A stretch of 64,000 bases of DNA from a virus (lineage: Duplodnaviria > Caudoviricetes), in the IMG/VR virus record IMGVR_UViG_3300025735_000007, positions 1-64,000 of that record; one strand, 5' to 3'. Positions within the stretch are counted from its first letter, which is position 1, and each line of letters starts with the position of its first letter. Below are positions 9,839 through 18,723 of this stretch, in pieces. The translations under genes and the position numbers were made by a program. The notes beneath the pieces are model-generated. The model was not told the origin of the DNA, made no database searches, and saw nothing but the letters and a program-made list of their open reading frames with translations.

Positions 9839-10026
9839 AGCTGACCTGCAACCAGATGATGCTCCTGCTCGCGCTTTACCGCGGCTCGCCGATCGACGCA
9901 GTTGCGTGCGGCACGAAAGAGGATGACCTGAAAAAGCTGCGCCGCATGGGCTATGTAAACGATCAGGACCAAGTGACCCATAACGGCGACAAGCGCGTGT
10001 CCGTTGCGCTGACGGGGATGGCATGA
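9835..10026 (+). CDS. Small hypothetical protein (possible winged helix)
   Basis: LT.NQ..LL...L.RMGYV....T..G pattern. ATGA coupling. Confidence 0.55.
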   Translation: MKLTCNQMMLLLALYRGSPIDAVACGTKEDDLKKLRRMGYVNDQDQVTHNGDKRVSVALTGMA

Positions 10027-10223
10027 GGCTCGCCCACTTCAACTCCGCGCGCCCGACGCCGTTCGCCATCGCGCTGTCGGGCACGACCATTGACGACTTC
10101 GGCGCCGAGGTGCGACTCGAAGGTAACGAGCAATGGTTCGCCGCGTCGATCTTCGCGGACGACAACTTTTTTGACGACTCGCTGGGCTTTGGCGCCGGTG
10201 GCTGGAGAACAGAATGCATCTGA
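10023..10223 (+). CDS. Hypothetical phage protein
   Basis: ATGA coupling. Confidence 0.6.
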   Translation: MRLAHFNSARPTPFAIALSGTTIDDFGAEVRLEGNEQWFAASIFADDNFFDDSLGFGAGGWRTECI

Positions 10224-10612
10224 CCAAACGAGAGCGCGCCTTGCTAGGCGTGCGCATGACGGCGACGCAGCGTGTGTCTGTAGCGCTCATTCACGGCATC
10301 GCCAGCCACAAGCCGCTCAAGAGTGTGGCGACTCAACCCGTGGTGCGCACGATCGACAGCCACCTCGTCACCCACGAAGTGGACCAGACCGGCAAGGGTC
10401 TGTTCAAGGGCAAGTGCAATAGAACCGCTTGCGATCATCGCGGGGAAGGCATCGTGTGGTGGAACCGCTCGACGCGCTTCTACTACCGCGCGGATTGCCG
10501 CGACGCGATCGACAGCTGGATCGACAAAGACTACGGCCCTTGCTTTCACAAGCATCCTCACACCGCTGATGGTGTGCCGCATCCCGACGATCAGAATGAT
10601 TCTGTCGCGTAA
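10214..10612 (+). CDS. Hypothetical protein with a Cys-rich C-terminal domain
   Basis: GGAGA RBS. Contains CNRTAC...Y..C. Confidence 0.65.
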   Translation: MHLTKRERALLGVRMTATQRVSVALIHGIASHKPLKSVATQPVVRTIDSHLVTHEVDQTGKGLFKGKCNRTACDHRGEGIVWWNRSTRFYYRADCRDAIDSWIDKDYGPCFHKHPHTADGVPHPDDQNDSVA

Positions 10613-10627
10613 GTCATGCGTTACTTG
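10610..10627. promoter_or_regulatory. 18-bp palindromic operator-like site
   Basis: taagtcat-gc-gttacttg, at a gene junction. Confidence 0.7.
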
Positions 10628-10636
10628 AGAGCCACA

Positions 10637-10948
10637 ATGAAACCAATCCTGATTCGCCCCAGCGTCACATTGCCGGGCGGGCTGCTTGCCGAGAAGTCCT
10701 ACGTCGCCGCCGATGGTGACCAGAGCTTCGACATGCTGTCCTACCTCACGAACGAGTTCGAGAACGCGGACATCCGTGCTGAGCTGATCGAACTGTCGCC
10801 GGGCAACAGCGCCTTGCAGGCCGCCGAACTCGCGACACGTCTCAAAAGCCTGACGGCCGCCGCGCGCACCGTTATTGAGCGCTGGGAAGGTGGCGACCTC
10901 GCGGCTGCCGTGCGTAACCTCGCCGAGCTGGTGAAGGAGGGCGAATGA
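10637..10948 (+). CDS. Hypothetical phage protein
   Basis: Follows the operator, coupled to the next gene. Confidence 0.65.
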   Translation: MKPILIRPSVTLPGGLLAEKSYVAADGDQSFDMLSYLTNEFENADIRAELIELSPGNSALQAAELATRLKSLTAAARTVIERWEGGDLAAAVRNLAELVKEGE

Positions 10949-11193
10949 GCGGCTATCTCCTCGTCCGCAATGCCGTTGACGCCGCCGATAGTCCGGACAA
11001 CCACGGGAACGGCTACACGCTGCGCGTGCACATGCGCGGCGGCCGCTCGCTACACGGCGGGCTGATGAAGTTCGATGACCGGATTCTCGAACTGGATCTC
11101 TGGGAAAGGAATCTCGGCGGGCATGAGAGGCCGAGCGGCAGTCAGGCATACATCGACGTGACTGAAGTCGCAGCCGTCGAGGTGGTGTGGTGA
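10945..11193 (+). CDS. Hypothetical small beta-rich (possibly Sm-like) protein
   Basis: AAGGAGG RBS. Pattern LRVHMRGGRSLHG...YID..EVAAVEV. Confidence 0.6.
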   Translation: MSGYLLVRNAVDAADSPDNHGNGYTLRVHMRGGRSLHGGLMKFDDRILELDLWERNLGGHERPSGSQAYIDVTEVAAVEVVW

Positions 11194-11202
11194 GCCATCG
11201 AC

Positions 11203-11433
11203 TTGGGAAACGCAAGCGCCGCGAGCAGGACATCGCAATTGCTCGCCGGCAAGACCGCCGTGCTGACCGAGGAATACATCGACATTCACTGCGCGGGCCG
11301 CTATGAGGTCCATGAGACCAATGACGGGGTGTTTGTCGAGTATTGGGAATCGGAACACCCGGGCATCGACGTCTACCCAAACATGGCGTCGCTTGAGCGC
11401 GGTGACACACCGACCACGAGCCATTTTGCGTAA
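11203..11433 (+). CDS. Hypothetical phage protein
   Basis: Fills the operon, with a hairpin downstream. Confidence 0.5.
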   Translation: MGNASAASRTSQLLAGKTAVLTEEYIDIHCAGRYEVHETNDGVFVEYWESEHPGIDVYPNMASLERGDTPTTSHFA

Positions 11434-11498
11434 AACGCATCCCGGGAAACCGGGCCTTGTTTTTGCTTCTCCCGTGGTGATACGCCACGGAGGCGTCC

Positions 11499-11699
11499 AT
11501 GTGCTACCAGAAACCCGTTGAGCTCCTGGACAAATTGCTAGAGGCAACGCCGCTCGCCCCCAACAGTCGCGGACATACTCCACTCGATGACTTCGAGCAC
11601 TTCTGCGCTTTTACCGGCTGCTCTGAGCAACTCTTGGGCAGGGACTGCTTCGCGTGGACAAAGCTCGCCTATATCACCGCGAGGATGCAGCGGCAGTGA
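11499..11699 (+). CDS. Hypothetical protein
   Basis: GGAGG RBS. GTGA overlap with the ligase. Confidence 0.6.
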   Translation: MCYQKPVELLDKLLEATPLAPNSRGHTPLDDFEHFCAFTGCSEQLLGRDCFAWTKLAYITARMQRQ

Positions 11700-12340
11700 G
11701 CATCATTCATCACATCGAAGCCGCGGACCTGATGCTTGCAACGCTGTGGCCCAGACCGTTCTCCCGAGTCGGATGGCTATTCGAACTCAAATACGATGGC
11801 TTTCGGTGCCTTGTCCGCAAGCACGGCCCACTCGTTAGCCTGATTTCACGGCAGGGCAACATACTGAACGGCTCATTCCCGGACATCATTGAGGCGGTCG
11901 CCGCGGTGCCGGGTGACTTCGCATGGGATGCCGAGCTAACGGTAGACGAAAGCACGGGCCGATCGTCATTCGAACGACTCCAGACGCGAGCGAGAACATC
12001 AGTTCCGGGCCGGGTGCGTGCAGCAATTCGCGCACACCCGGCTCGCCTCTACGTTTTTGACGTGCTCGCCGTCGACGAACGCGACATACGGCGGCTTTCC
12101 CTGATCGAGCGCAAGCAGATCTTACGCGTCAGCTTTGATGACACTGCCACGCTCGTCTATGTTAGCGGAGTCGTCGAGGCAGGCGAGTGGGTCTTCGAGC
12201 AGGTGCAAGCGCACGACTTCGAAGGGATGCTCGGCAAGCGACTTGATGCGCCGTATCAGCGCGGCCGGACGAAGAATTGGCTGAAGGTCAAATACGCGAA
12301 CTACAGTCGCCCCGCAGCGCTCGGATGGGGCAGGTCGTAG
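11696..12340 (+). CDS. ATP-dependent DNA ligase adenylation domain (LigD-like, no OB fold)
   Basis: Motif I ELKYDGFR, motif III DAEL, IIIa YVFDVL, IV EGMLGK, V WLKVK. Confidence 0.85.
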   Translation: MSIIHHIEAADLMLATLWPRPFSRVGWLFELKYDGFRCLVRKHGPLVSLISRQGNILNGSFPDIIEAVAAVPGDFAWDAELTVDESTGRSSFERLQTRARTSVPGRVRAAIRAHPARLYVFDVLAVDERDIRRLSLIERKQILRVSFDDTATLVYVSGVVEAGEWVFEQVQAHDFEGMLGKRLDAPYQRGRTKNWLKVKYANYSRPAALGWGRS

Positions 12341-12342
12341 CG

Positions 12343-12609
12343 TCAGCGTTCGACGTCGCCGACGATGCCCTCGCGCCAACGCTCATCGAGCAGCAACACA
12401 CGCATGTTCTCCAGGGCAACTAGCTGGCCGCCGACTTCCTGATGCCACACCTTCTGAACGACGGCGCGGTAGCCATCGACGCGGTGAAGGACGTTGCGCG
12501 CATGCTGGAGCTCGAGTATTACGCGCAGGACCTCCTGATTGCCGCGATACTTGGCGTAGAGTTCGCGCAGCTCGGCGATCGGCACAGGGGTGAAGTCGGG
12601 TAGAGGCAT
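12343..12609 (-). CDS. Small hypothetical protein, predicted SOS-regulated
   Basis: 88 aa ORF starting MPLPDFTP, 15 nt downstream of a LexA box. Confidence 0.7.
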   Translation of the reverse strand: MPLPDFTPVPIAELRELYAKYRGNQEVLRVILELQHARNVLHRVDGYRAVVQKVWHQEVGGQLVALENMRVLLLDERWREGIVGDVER

Positions 12610-12624
12610 GGCAGCGAGTAAACA

Positions 12625-12640
12625 CTGTATATGCATACAG
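12625..12640. promoter_or_regulatory. LexA (SOS) box
   Basis: CTGTATATGCATACAG matches the CTGT-N8-ACAG consensus. The palindrome extends over 12622-12643. Confidence 0.85.
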
Positions 12641-12714
12641 TGTAACACCTCGCGATCTCCAGCAGACAGGCGGCGCTAGGTTGGGGCCGTTCGTGAGCAG
12701 AGAACGCTAGTCCA

Positions 12715-13101
12715 CTAGGGGCACACCGCCTTCATCACAGCGTCGCCGATGGTTCCGGGGACAACATCGTTCCATTCACTCGATGATGACCCCATAAAGA
12801 TCAAGGTTCGGTCAGCTCCGTAGAGTGCGAATCCGCCCGCTTTGCTCGTCTGCTGCCCGCAGTCAAACGTCCAGCGTGCCTTGTTTTCAGCGACGAGTTG
12901 CGCGGTTTTGAACGCTTGCGTCGGCGGCGTATAGATCGAATCGGTCCAGACTTTCACTAGCCTGCCAGAGCGCACAATGGACGCCGTATCGACGAATTCC
13001 TTACTGTCGCCGGAATCGCCGACTTGCACCCACTTTGACTGTGCATGCACCCCGATAGCCGCAACCAGCAAGACGGCACAAACAGCCCCGTTTCTTATCA
13101 T
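12715..13101 (-). CDS. Secreted protein, surface-adhesin E-like
   Basis: Signal peptide ending VHA. Pattern WV.V...FVD..SI.R.G..VKVW...FDC...W..V.PGT.....K.VC. Confidence 0.6.
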   Translation of the reverse strand: MIRNGAVCAVLLVAAIGVHAQSKWVQVGDSGDSKEFVDTASIVRSGRLVKVWTDSIYTPPTQAFKTAQLVAENKARWTFDCGQQTSKAGGFALYGADRTLIFMGSSSSEWNDVVPGTIGDAVMKAVCP

Positions 13102-13973
13102 TTCTGCCCCTTTCGTCTTTAGCTTTGACAGCATATTAACGGCACCAAAGGCACGGAAATAACCCCCGTTATTTCATGGTCACAACCGCCTTCGCGTAAC
13201 ACCTCCGTAAGCTGTTGATAGTAAACGAAATATTCCTATTTCAGCAGAACCCTAACTTTCTGAGCCAATTCAGAGCCTTTTCACAGCGGGGGAGACGATC
13301 AGAGTCCGCTGCCAAGTCCGCCGAACTCCCGAGATAGGGCAAGACGCCCGCAAGCACAAACGAATCGAATGCCGAGCGTTCTGACGCACCGAGACCGGGA
13401 GTCCAAACCACCGGATCCCGCGCAAACCCTTTCACCAGTAAAGAAAGAAGGAAGAATGACGAATCTGGCAACACCGTCGAAGACGAAGCGAATCACATAG
13501 ATGACCCGGCCCGGAAGGACTCATTCACCCATACGGACACTCACACAGAGCACTCATCCGTATAGAGAGACACGCAAGCCAACACGCATTTACCAATATG
13601 GTTCTTAGAGGAGTGCGGCATTACGTATAAGAAAACAGGGTAGGCGGGCCGCTTCATTGTCTTTCAATCGACGCCCCGGGAAATTTTCTTATACCACCGG
13701 GCAGACCGCCAAACAGTTCACAGGCTTAAAGCCAAGCCCAGCACCGGCCTTGGCCGATCCTTGGCACAAGTTCCCATGGCGAGAGGCCCGTATAGGCGAC
13801 TTGGCGGGCCAGCGCTCCCTATAAGATTTGCAAGCCAAGCATAAGAGTCTCATATAAGGTTCGGTCCCGCTACATATAAGAATCGGTCCAAGGCGGGCTC
13901 TCGGTTCGCCTTTCCTTTGGAAACTGCCTTCGCGGCAAAAGGTAGAATGGTTGCCTTCTTCGAGGAGGCCAAT

Positions 13974-14312
13974 ATGAACAAATGGTATGTATATGAAACG
14001 AGCTATATCGATTGGGCTTGGAGCGCGCTCCGATCGGTCGACGAAACCCGGGCGATTTTAGCCGACAACACGAACGACGAATGGGGTGATTTAAGCCAGC
14101 ACGGCGTCGATGAATTCGACGCAAGCTTCGCGGAGGCCCGACGCCTCGCTTCTGACCACGGCTGGGAAGGAGACTATCGGCAAGGCCCGGTCGTCTTTTG
14201 GTTACCTGATCCCGACCAAAACTCCTTCCGCTATGGCTTCTTCTGGAAGCAGGACAACAACGGCACCTGCTATACGGTGTCGCCCCGTCGACTGCCTTGG
14301 CTGGAGGACTGA
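13974..14312 (+). CDS. Hypothetical protein (paralog A)
   Basis: GAGGAGG RBS. Contains GWEGD...P..F.LP....FRYGF.W...SP..LPWLE. Confidence 0.75.
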   Translation: MNKWYVYETSYIDWAWSALRSVDETRAILADNTNDEWGDLSQHGVDEFDASFAEARRLASDHGWEGDYRQGPVVFWLPDPDQNSFRYGFFWKQDNNGTCYTVSPRRLPWLED

Positions 14313-14314
14313 TC

Positions 14315-14623
14315 GTGAGCTGGATTATTTACCGAACCAAGCGCCCCGCCAACGAATTGAGCTGGCTGCGGACGGCGACAGAGATTGTCGAGCGCGCAGC
14401 TGAGGATCACGACAGTGTTGCGGCCATCGTTGAGGCCGAGATGGATGCGGCCCTGGATGCGGCGCGCGAAGCTGGATGGGACGGAGGGATGGACGAGGAG
14501 CCGCACGCATTCGTGCTGCCCGCCCTGGATGAATTCAGGTATGGCTTTGCGTGGACGGCGCCGGACCCTGAACGCCCTCTCATCATCGCTTCGCCGCTAC
14601 CTTTACCTTGGCTCGAAGGCTGA
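14315..14623 (+). CDS. Hypothetical protein (paralog B)
   Basis: GGAGG RBS. Shares the motifs of paralog A. Confidence 0.75.
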   Translation: MSWIIYRTKRPANELSWLRTATEIVERAAEDHDSVAAIVEAEMDAALDAAREAGWDGGMDEEPHAFVLPALDEFRYGFAWTAPDPERPLIIASPLPLPWLEG

Positions 14624-14675
14624 GATAGAAGGCCGCCCATCGACGGGCCAGAAGTCCGTCGATGGGCACGCCGTC

Positions 14676-15050
14676 TTATCGAAGCAGTGTGCCGCCTTTG
14701 GCGCACTCATCCTTCAATGCGTAGTAGACGATCGGCCCGACATCCTGATCAAGCATAGGGTGATTGCCGGCCAGAAACTTGTCAGTGATCACGGTGGCGT
14801 CCCGTGCTCCGATCTTCATCTTGTCGAGGCAATCATGGATTGCTTGAGCCTGCGTAGTTTGCGAGCTGGCAACGAGCGGTGCCGCCATCAGTCCGCCGAC
14901 AGCCCCTTCTACTAACCGTTGCCGTCCCTCGAAAGGGAGGCTCTGATAACGCGCTCCGGACGTGTAGCTTCCGGGAGCAAACAGGGCAATGCTATCTGCA
15001 TGAGCCATAGCTGAAGCTGCGATAAGTGCCAACGCCATCATTTGTTTCAT
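14676..15050 (-). CDS. Secreted/periplasmic small helical protein (possibly Rap1a/Tai immunity-like)
   Basis: Signal peptide ending AHA, two Cys. The fold call is tentative. Confidence 0.55.
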   Translation of the reverse strand: MKQMMALALIAASAMAHADSIALFAPGSYTSGARYQSLPFEGRQRLVEGAVGGLMAAPLVASSQTTQAQAIHDCLDKMKIGARDATVITDKFLAGNHPMLDQDVGPIVYYALKDECAKGGTLLR

Positions 15051-15225
15051 TGCTTCCCCGATTGATTTTGTGAAACGGATGAATTGTAGCGCCAAGGAAT
15101 GCCTTGGACAGCCATAGCCCGCTGGTCTGCTGGCGCCAAACTGTATAGCTGGCTAGCTCGCGACAAGTCACGCATCCTCCCGGGCTCCAGCGCCCGATCC
15201 CGACAATGAAAGCTCACCAACACGA

Positions 15226-15411
15226 ATGAGCTTTCCCATGATTGAAAACCTTCAGTGGTTCTGCGCCGTGCTTCTCGTCATGTGTGGCGCGGTCGCAATC
15301 GGCGCGCTGATGTGGTTCGTCATCGACCTTTTCACCGGCGGGGTCAAGCGCGCGCTCCGCAGCCGTCGTAACGCGATGCCCAAGCGTGTCGCCGATCTGA
15401 CGAACGGGTAA
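15226..15411 (+). CDS. Small membrane protein
   Basis: One hydrophobic helix followed by a basic tail. Confidence 0.5.
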   Translation: MSFPMIENLQWFCAVLLVMCGAVAIGALMWFVIDLFTGGVKRALRSRRNAMPKRVADLTNG

Positions 15412-15415
15412 GACC

Positions 15416-15583
15416 ATGCCGATGAGCACACACCGCGCCGCCAACGGCCTTGCCACCTTCATCGAGCGTGCGGTCTATCTGGGTGCCCGGCAGGCGGGTG
15501 CAGCGCCGCGGGAAGCGTATCTCATGGCCCGGCAGACGCAGCGCGCGGAGGTGCGCGCCTTTCAGCGTCGGCGCCAGCTATGA
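15416..15583 (+). CDS. 55-aa hypothetical protein
   Basis: Read by hand (MPMSTHRAANGLATFIER...). Follows the previous stop. Confidence 0.4.
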   Translation: MPMSTHRAANGLATFIERAVYLGARQAGAAPREAYLMARQTQRAEVRAFQRRRQL

Positions 15584-15861
15584 AGAGATGGGGTCAGGTT
15601 ATCCTGACCCGTCTGTCAGGAATGTTGTAAGTCTGTAACACTCGGTAGCATATTTTTGCAATATTTCTCTTGTATGAGGAAATACCCCTACTTGGAAGCG
15701 CTTATGGCATGGGCTTTGGGGTATTTTTTACCTGCGAGAATGCACCAGGTAGCATCTTCCGACCGGTTACAGATTCGCGCACAATTTTAAGGATGCGCTA
15801 ACAACACTGATTTGGCGCTAGAGAGCCCCTAAATTCAGAACGAGCAGGACCGGAAAGAGCA

Positions 15862-16254
15862 ATGAGCAAGATCGCATTCGAGTGTATCGACCAGGCGGGA
15901 CAAGCCTTCAATGTGGTGATGACGTCAGATTCCGAGGAGATTAACGAGGTCGTGGCCGCGACCGTGCAAGCCTACCGTCGCCAGGGTATCGAGGTGGTCT
16001 CGGCCACCCGCACCGAGGAGATGGTGGTTGATGTGAACCTCTATGCGCCTGCGGTGCACCCCGAGCGCGTGCCGACGCCGATGCTGCAGTGGTTCGCGGG
16101 CCGCGGCGGCAAGTTGATCGAGAAGGGCGCCTTGCTGGGTGCGCTCGTGCTGTCGGTGATCGGCTTCGATGACGGGTTTTCGGTGCTGTCGGTGTCGCAC
16201 CATGCGGCGATGGTCGTGTCGGCCGTTGAACAGCTTTTCCATCTGGCGGTCTGA
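15862..16254 (+). CDS. Hypothetical protein with a C-terminal membrane segment
   Basis: 130 aa ORF with hydrophobic stretch ALLGALVLSVIG. Confidence 0.7.
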   Translation: MSKIAFECIDQAGQAFNVVMTSDSEEINEVVAATVQAYRRQGIEVVSATRTEEMVVDVNLYAPAVHPERVPTPMLQWFAGRGGKLIEKGALLGALVLSVIGFDDGFSVLSVSHHAAMVVSAVEQLFHLAV

Positions 16255-16332
16255 ATTCCGCGGACTCAGAATCCGCGCGGTGCGCTCTATGCTGGTAGTC
16301 CCGCAGACATCACATAAAGCGCACACACTCCA

Positions 16333-16497
16333 ATGCACATCTTCTTCGACGGCGCGGGCTGGATCATCCCGCTCTACGGTGCCCTTGTTCTCTTTGTGAC
16401 GTTGCTCATCCTCGTGCTCGAGCCTCTGGTCTCGTGCATGCGGCGTCGCCGCTACAACCGGTCGGTGAGGGCGGCACACCGTTACCGCTCGTTCTGA
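16333..16497 (+). CDS. 54-aa single-pass membrane peptide
   Basis: Read by hand: MHIFFDGAGWIIPLYGALVLFVTLLILVLEPLVSCMRRRR... Confidence 0.5.
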   Translation: MHIFFDGAGWIIPLYGALVLFVTLLILVLEPLVSCMRRRRYNRSVRAAHRYRSF

Positions 16498-16655
16498 CGC
16501 TGCCATGACGGTGCCCGGTGCATCGTCGCGGATACGACGCCTTGGCGGCGGTATAAAGCGGGACGCATCGTCCAAGCGGGCGCCTAGCTTCGACATTCAA
16601 ACTTCTATCTCGTAACAGCGCACAACGCGCTGCAATCAGATCTAAGGAGAATGTC

Positions 16656-16823
16656 ATGCTCGCGCGCCGTATCCACGTCGAAACCCTGCTTGCCGATACC
16701 GATCTCGACGCGGAGCTGACCGAGCTTGAACTGATGCAGGAAGCAGAGGAGCAACGCCAGGCCCGCGCGGTGCGTGCATGCCGCCGGCGCCCGTTTGCCG
16801 AAGACCGTGCACGCCGTGACTAA
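16656..16823 (+). CDS. 55-aa hypothetical protein
   Basis: TAAGGAG RBS. Terminator at about 16884-16911. Confidence 0.6.
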   Translation: MLARRIHVETLLADTDLDAELTELELMQEAEEQRQARAVRACRRRPFAEDRARRD

Positions 16824-17318
16824 TACGCTGTAGCTGTCCACGTTTTACCTGAGTGAGTCTCGCCGTGATACGCAAGACTTTGGGCTGGACCTTCGGGTGC
16901 CAGCTTTTTTTCGTCCGTTGTATCCGTGGCAGCGCGCGTGAATCGCCTTGGATAGCCATGGCAGCACGGTGCCCAGAATCCGTTCGATTTCCCGTTCCGG
17001 TAGGGGATGGCGAGGGCCAGGTAAGGGCGGTTTGGATCAAAACCGGCAGGCCAGCGGGTGCTGCGCGCTTGGCCCGTCAACACCGCGGAGGGCCACGGCG
17101 CGCCAAGGACCGCCGTCGATCGTTCGCTCCACGATGCATCGGGTCTCCGGGAGTGCTGGGCATCCGTGCGCAGCAGGTGACCCGCCGACAGCGGGCGCGG
17201 GTCGCTATAGGTGTGAGCGTGCGCCCGCACGCGCAGATAGCACACGCAAAACGGGCCGACGAGTCATCCTCTGAAAAACAACACAACAAAAAGACATAAC
17301 TTTTTTCTCACATACCCA

Positions 17319-17347
17319 TTGCAGAAAGATAAGTAACCCGTTACTAT
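17319..17347 (+). promoter_or_regulatory. Sigma70-like promoter overlapped by the 18-bp operator
   Basis: TTGCAG-17 nt-TACTAT. Operator taagtaac-cc-gttactat at 17330-17347. Confidence 0.75.
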
Positions 17348-17419
17348 TCTGTTACCGACTCGCAACAAACGAGCGGGACCGGGCAAAGACCCTAAATCAC
17401 TCAATCAAAGGTAATCAAA

Positions 17420-18094
17420 ATGACACAAGCTAAAGAGCAAGTTATCACCCTCGAAAACGTGTTTATCGCTATCAACCGCGCGAACGACCGTTACAACACA
17501 AAGACCGGTGGCGCGCATATGCAAGACGACCTGAAGAAAGCGCGCGGGTATTGGGATGATGCATTGTGCGTCTTCGTCGCGGGTATGTTGAACCGGGCGC
17601 GCATAGATCAAACGACGTTTCTCGCAACCATCGCAGATAACATGCCGGTTAAAGCGGTAATGCGTGCAAGCGAATTCTTCGCATGCTTGCATGCGAAAGA
17701 CTACACCAAGCTGGACGGTGTGACTGCGCTTTCCCTGTTGAGCGCGATTCATGCGGGCGCAGTCACACGAAGCGCGCTTATCTTTGCGACGACCGGCAAG
17801 GGTGACGACACAACGAGCGATGTCGTGCGGGATATTTCCCTTGTTCGCAAGCTGCAAAAAGCGCTTAAAAAGACTGTCGGTGTTACCACTGAGGGAACGC
17901 AGAATTCCCGCTCTTTCGGGTCTAACGGATTCTGTCGCTATCTCGACATGGGCAAAATGGTGAAAGCAAAGGGCGCGACCGAATCGAGTCTTGAAGTCAA
18001 CGCGCGTTCGCCCTTTGTTGCTGCAATCGCTAAGATGGTCGAGCAAGCAAGCGAGGACACGCTCTCACTCGTCAAAGGTGCAAAGAAAGAGTAA
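17420..18094 (+). CDS. Hypothetical protein, distant paralog of 5318..6385
   Basis: AAAGGT RBS, lower GC, bracketed by two operators. Confidence 0.85.
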   Translation: MTQAKEQVITLENVFIAINRANDRYNTKTGGAHMQDDLKKARGYWDDALCVFVAGMLNRARIDQTTFLATIADNMPVKAVMRASEFFACLHAKDYTKLDGVTALSLLSAIHAGAVTRSALIFATTGKGDDTTSDVVRDISLVRKLQKALKKTVGVTTEGTQNSRSFGSNGFCRYLDMGKMVKAKGATESSLEVNARSPFVAAIAKMVEQASEDTLSLVKGAKKE

Positions 18095-18109
18095 GTAACG
18101 AGTGACGTA
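18092..18109. promoter_or_regulatory. 18-bp palindromic operator-like site
   Basis: taagtaac-ga-gtgacgta, overlapping the stop codon. Confidence 0.7.
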
Positions 18110-18169
18110 TTAAACGGGCGCAAGGCGCGCCCGCTTCAACCTTGCCCACACTTGACCCTTGCCCGCACC

Positions 18170-18370
18170 ATGAAAACCGCTCATATCGCCCGCATTGCTG
18201 AATTCTCCCGTTTCGTATCAGGTGCACACCATGCACACACGACCATGCACGACGCGCACGACGCACACGCCCTGGACCCGGTTCGTTTCGACTCGCGCGC
18301 ATACGAGCAAGCGGACCTACATACCCTTTCAATGGATCGTTTCTCGCTACAGATTGATACGCAGATCTAA
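18170..18370 (+). CDS. His-rich small hypothetical protein
   Basis: Contains HHAHTTMHDAHDAH. Confidence 0.45.
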   Translation: MKTAHIARIAEFSRFVSGAHHAHTTMHDAHDAHALDPVRFDSRAYEQADLHTLSMDRFSLQIDTQI

Positions 18371-18723
18371 CCAATGTATTACATGGGATTGCTATGCAAT
18401 CCCTTTCTTCGGACGCTCACCCGCCCGCGTGAATCGCCCGGGCTGGAGACGTCGATGGTCTTAGAAGGATTCGACTACCTGGTGGGGCCTCGCGCCTAAT
18501 TTTTTGCCACGCGAGACCCGATCCTTATACAGCCAGGAAGTGCCGAATTCGAGATCCTTATAGGGCAAGACCAGCGTGGGGAAGTGGGGCTTAGGAGAGG
18601 GGGAGAGGGCAGACGGGGAAGGTGGGGCTTGGGGCAGGGAAATCCGACAGGGAGCGGCCCCTCGCGGGGCAGGCAGACGGCGCTAGGGGCGCTGGCGCGC
18701 CCCGTAGCTACCGTCAGTGCCCG

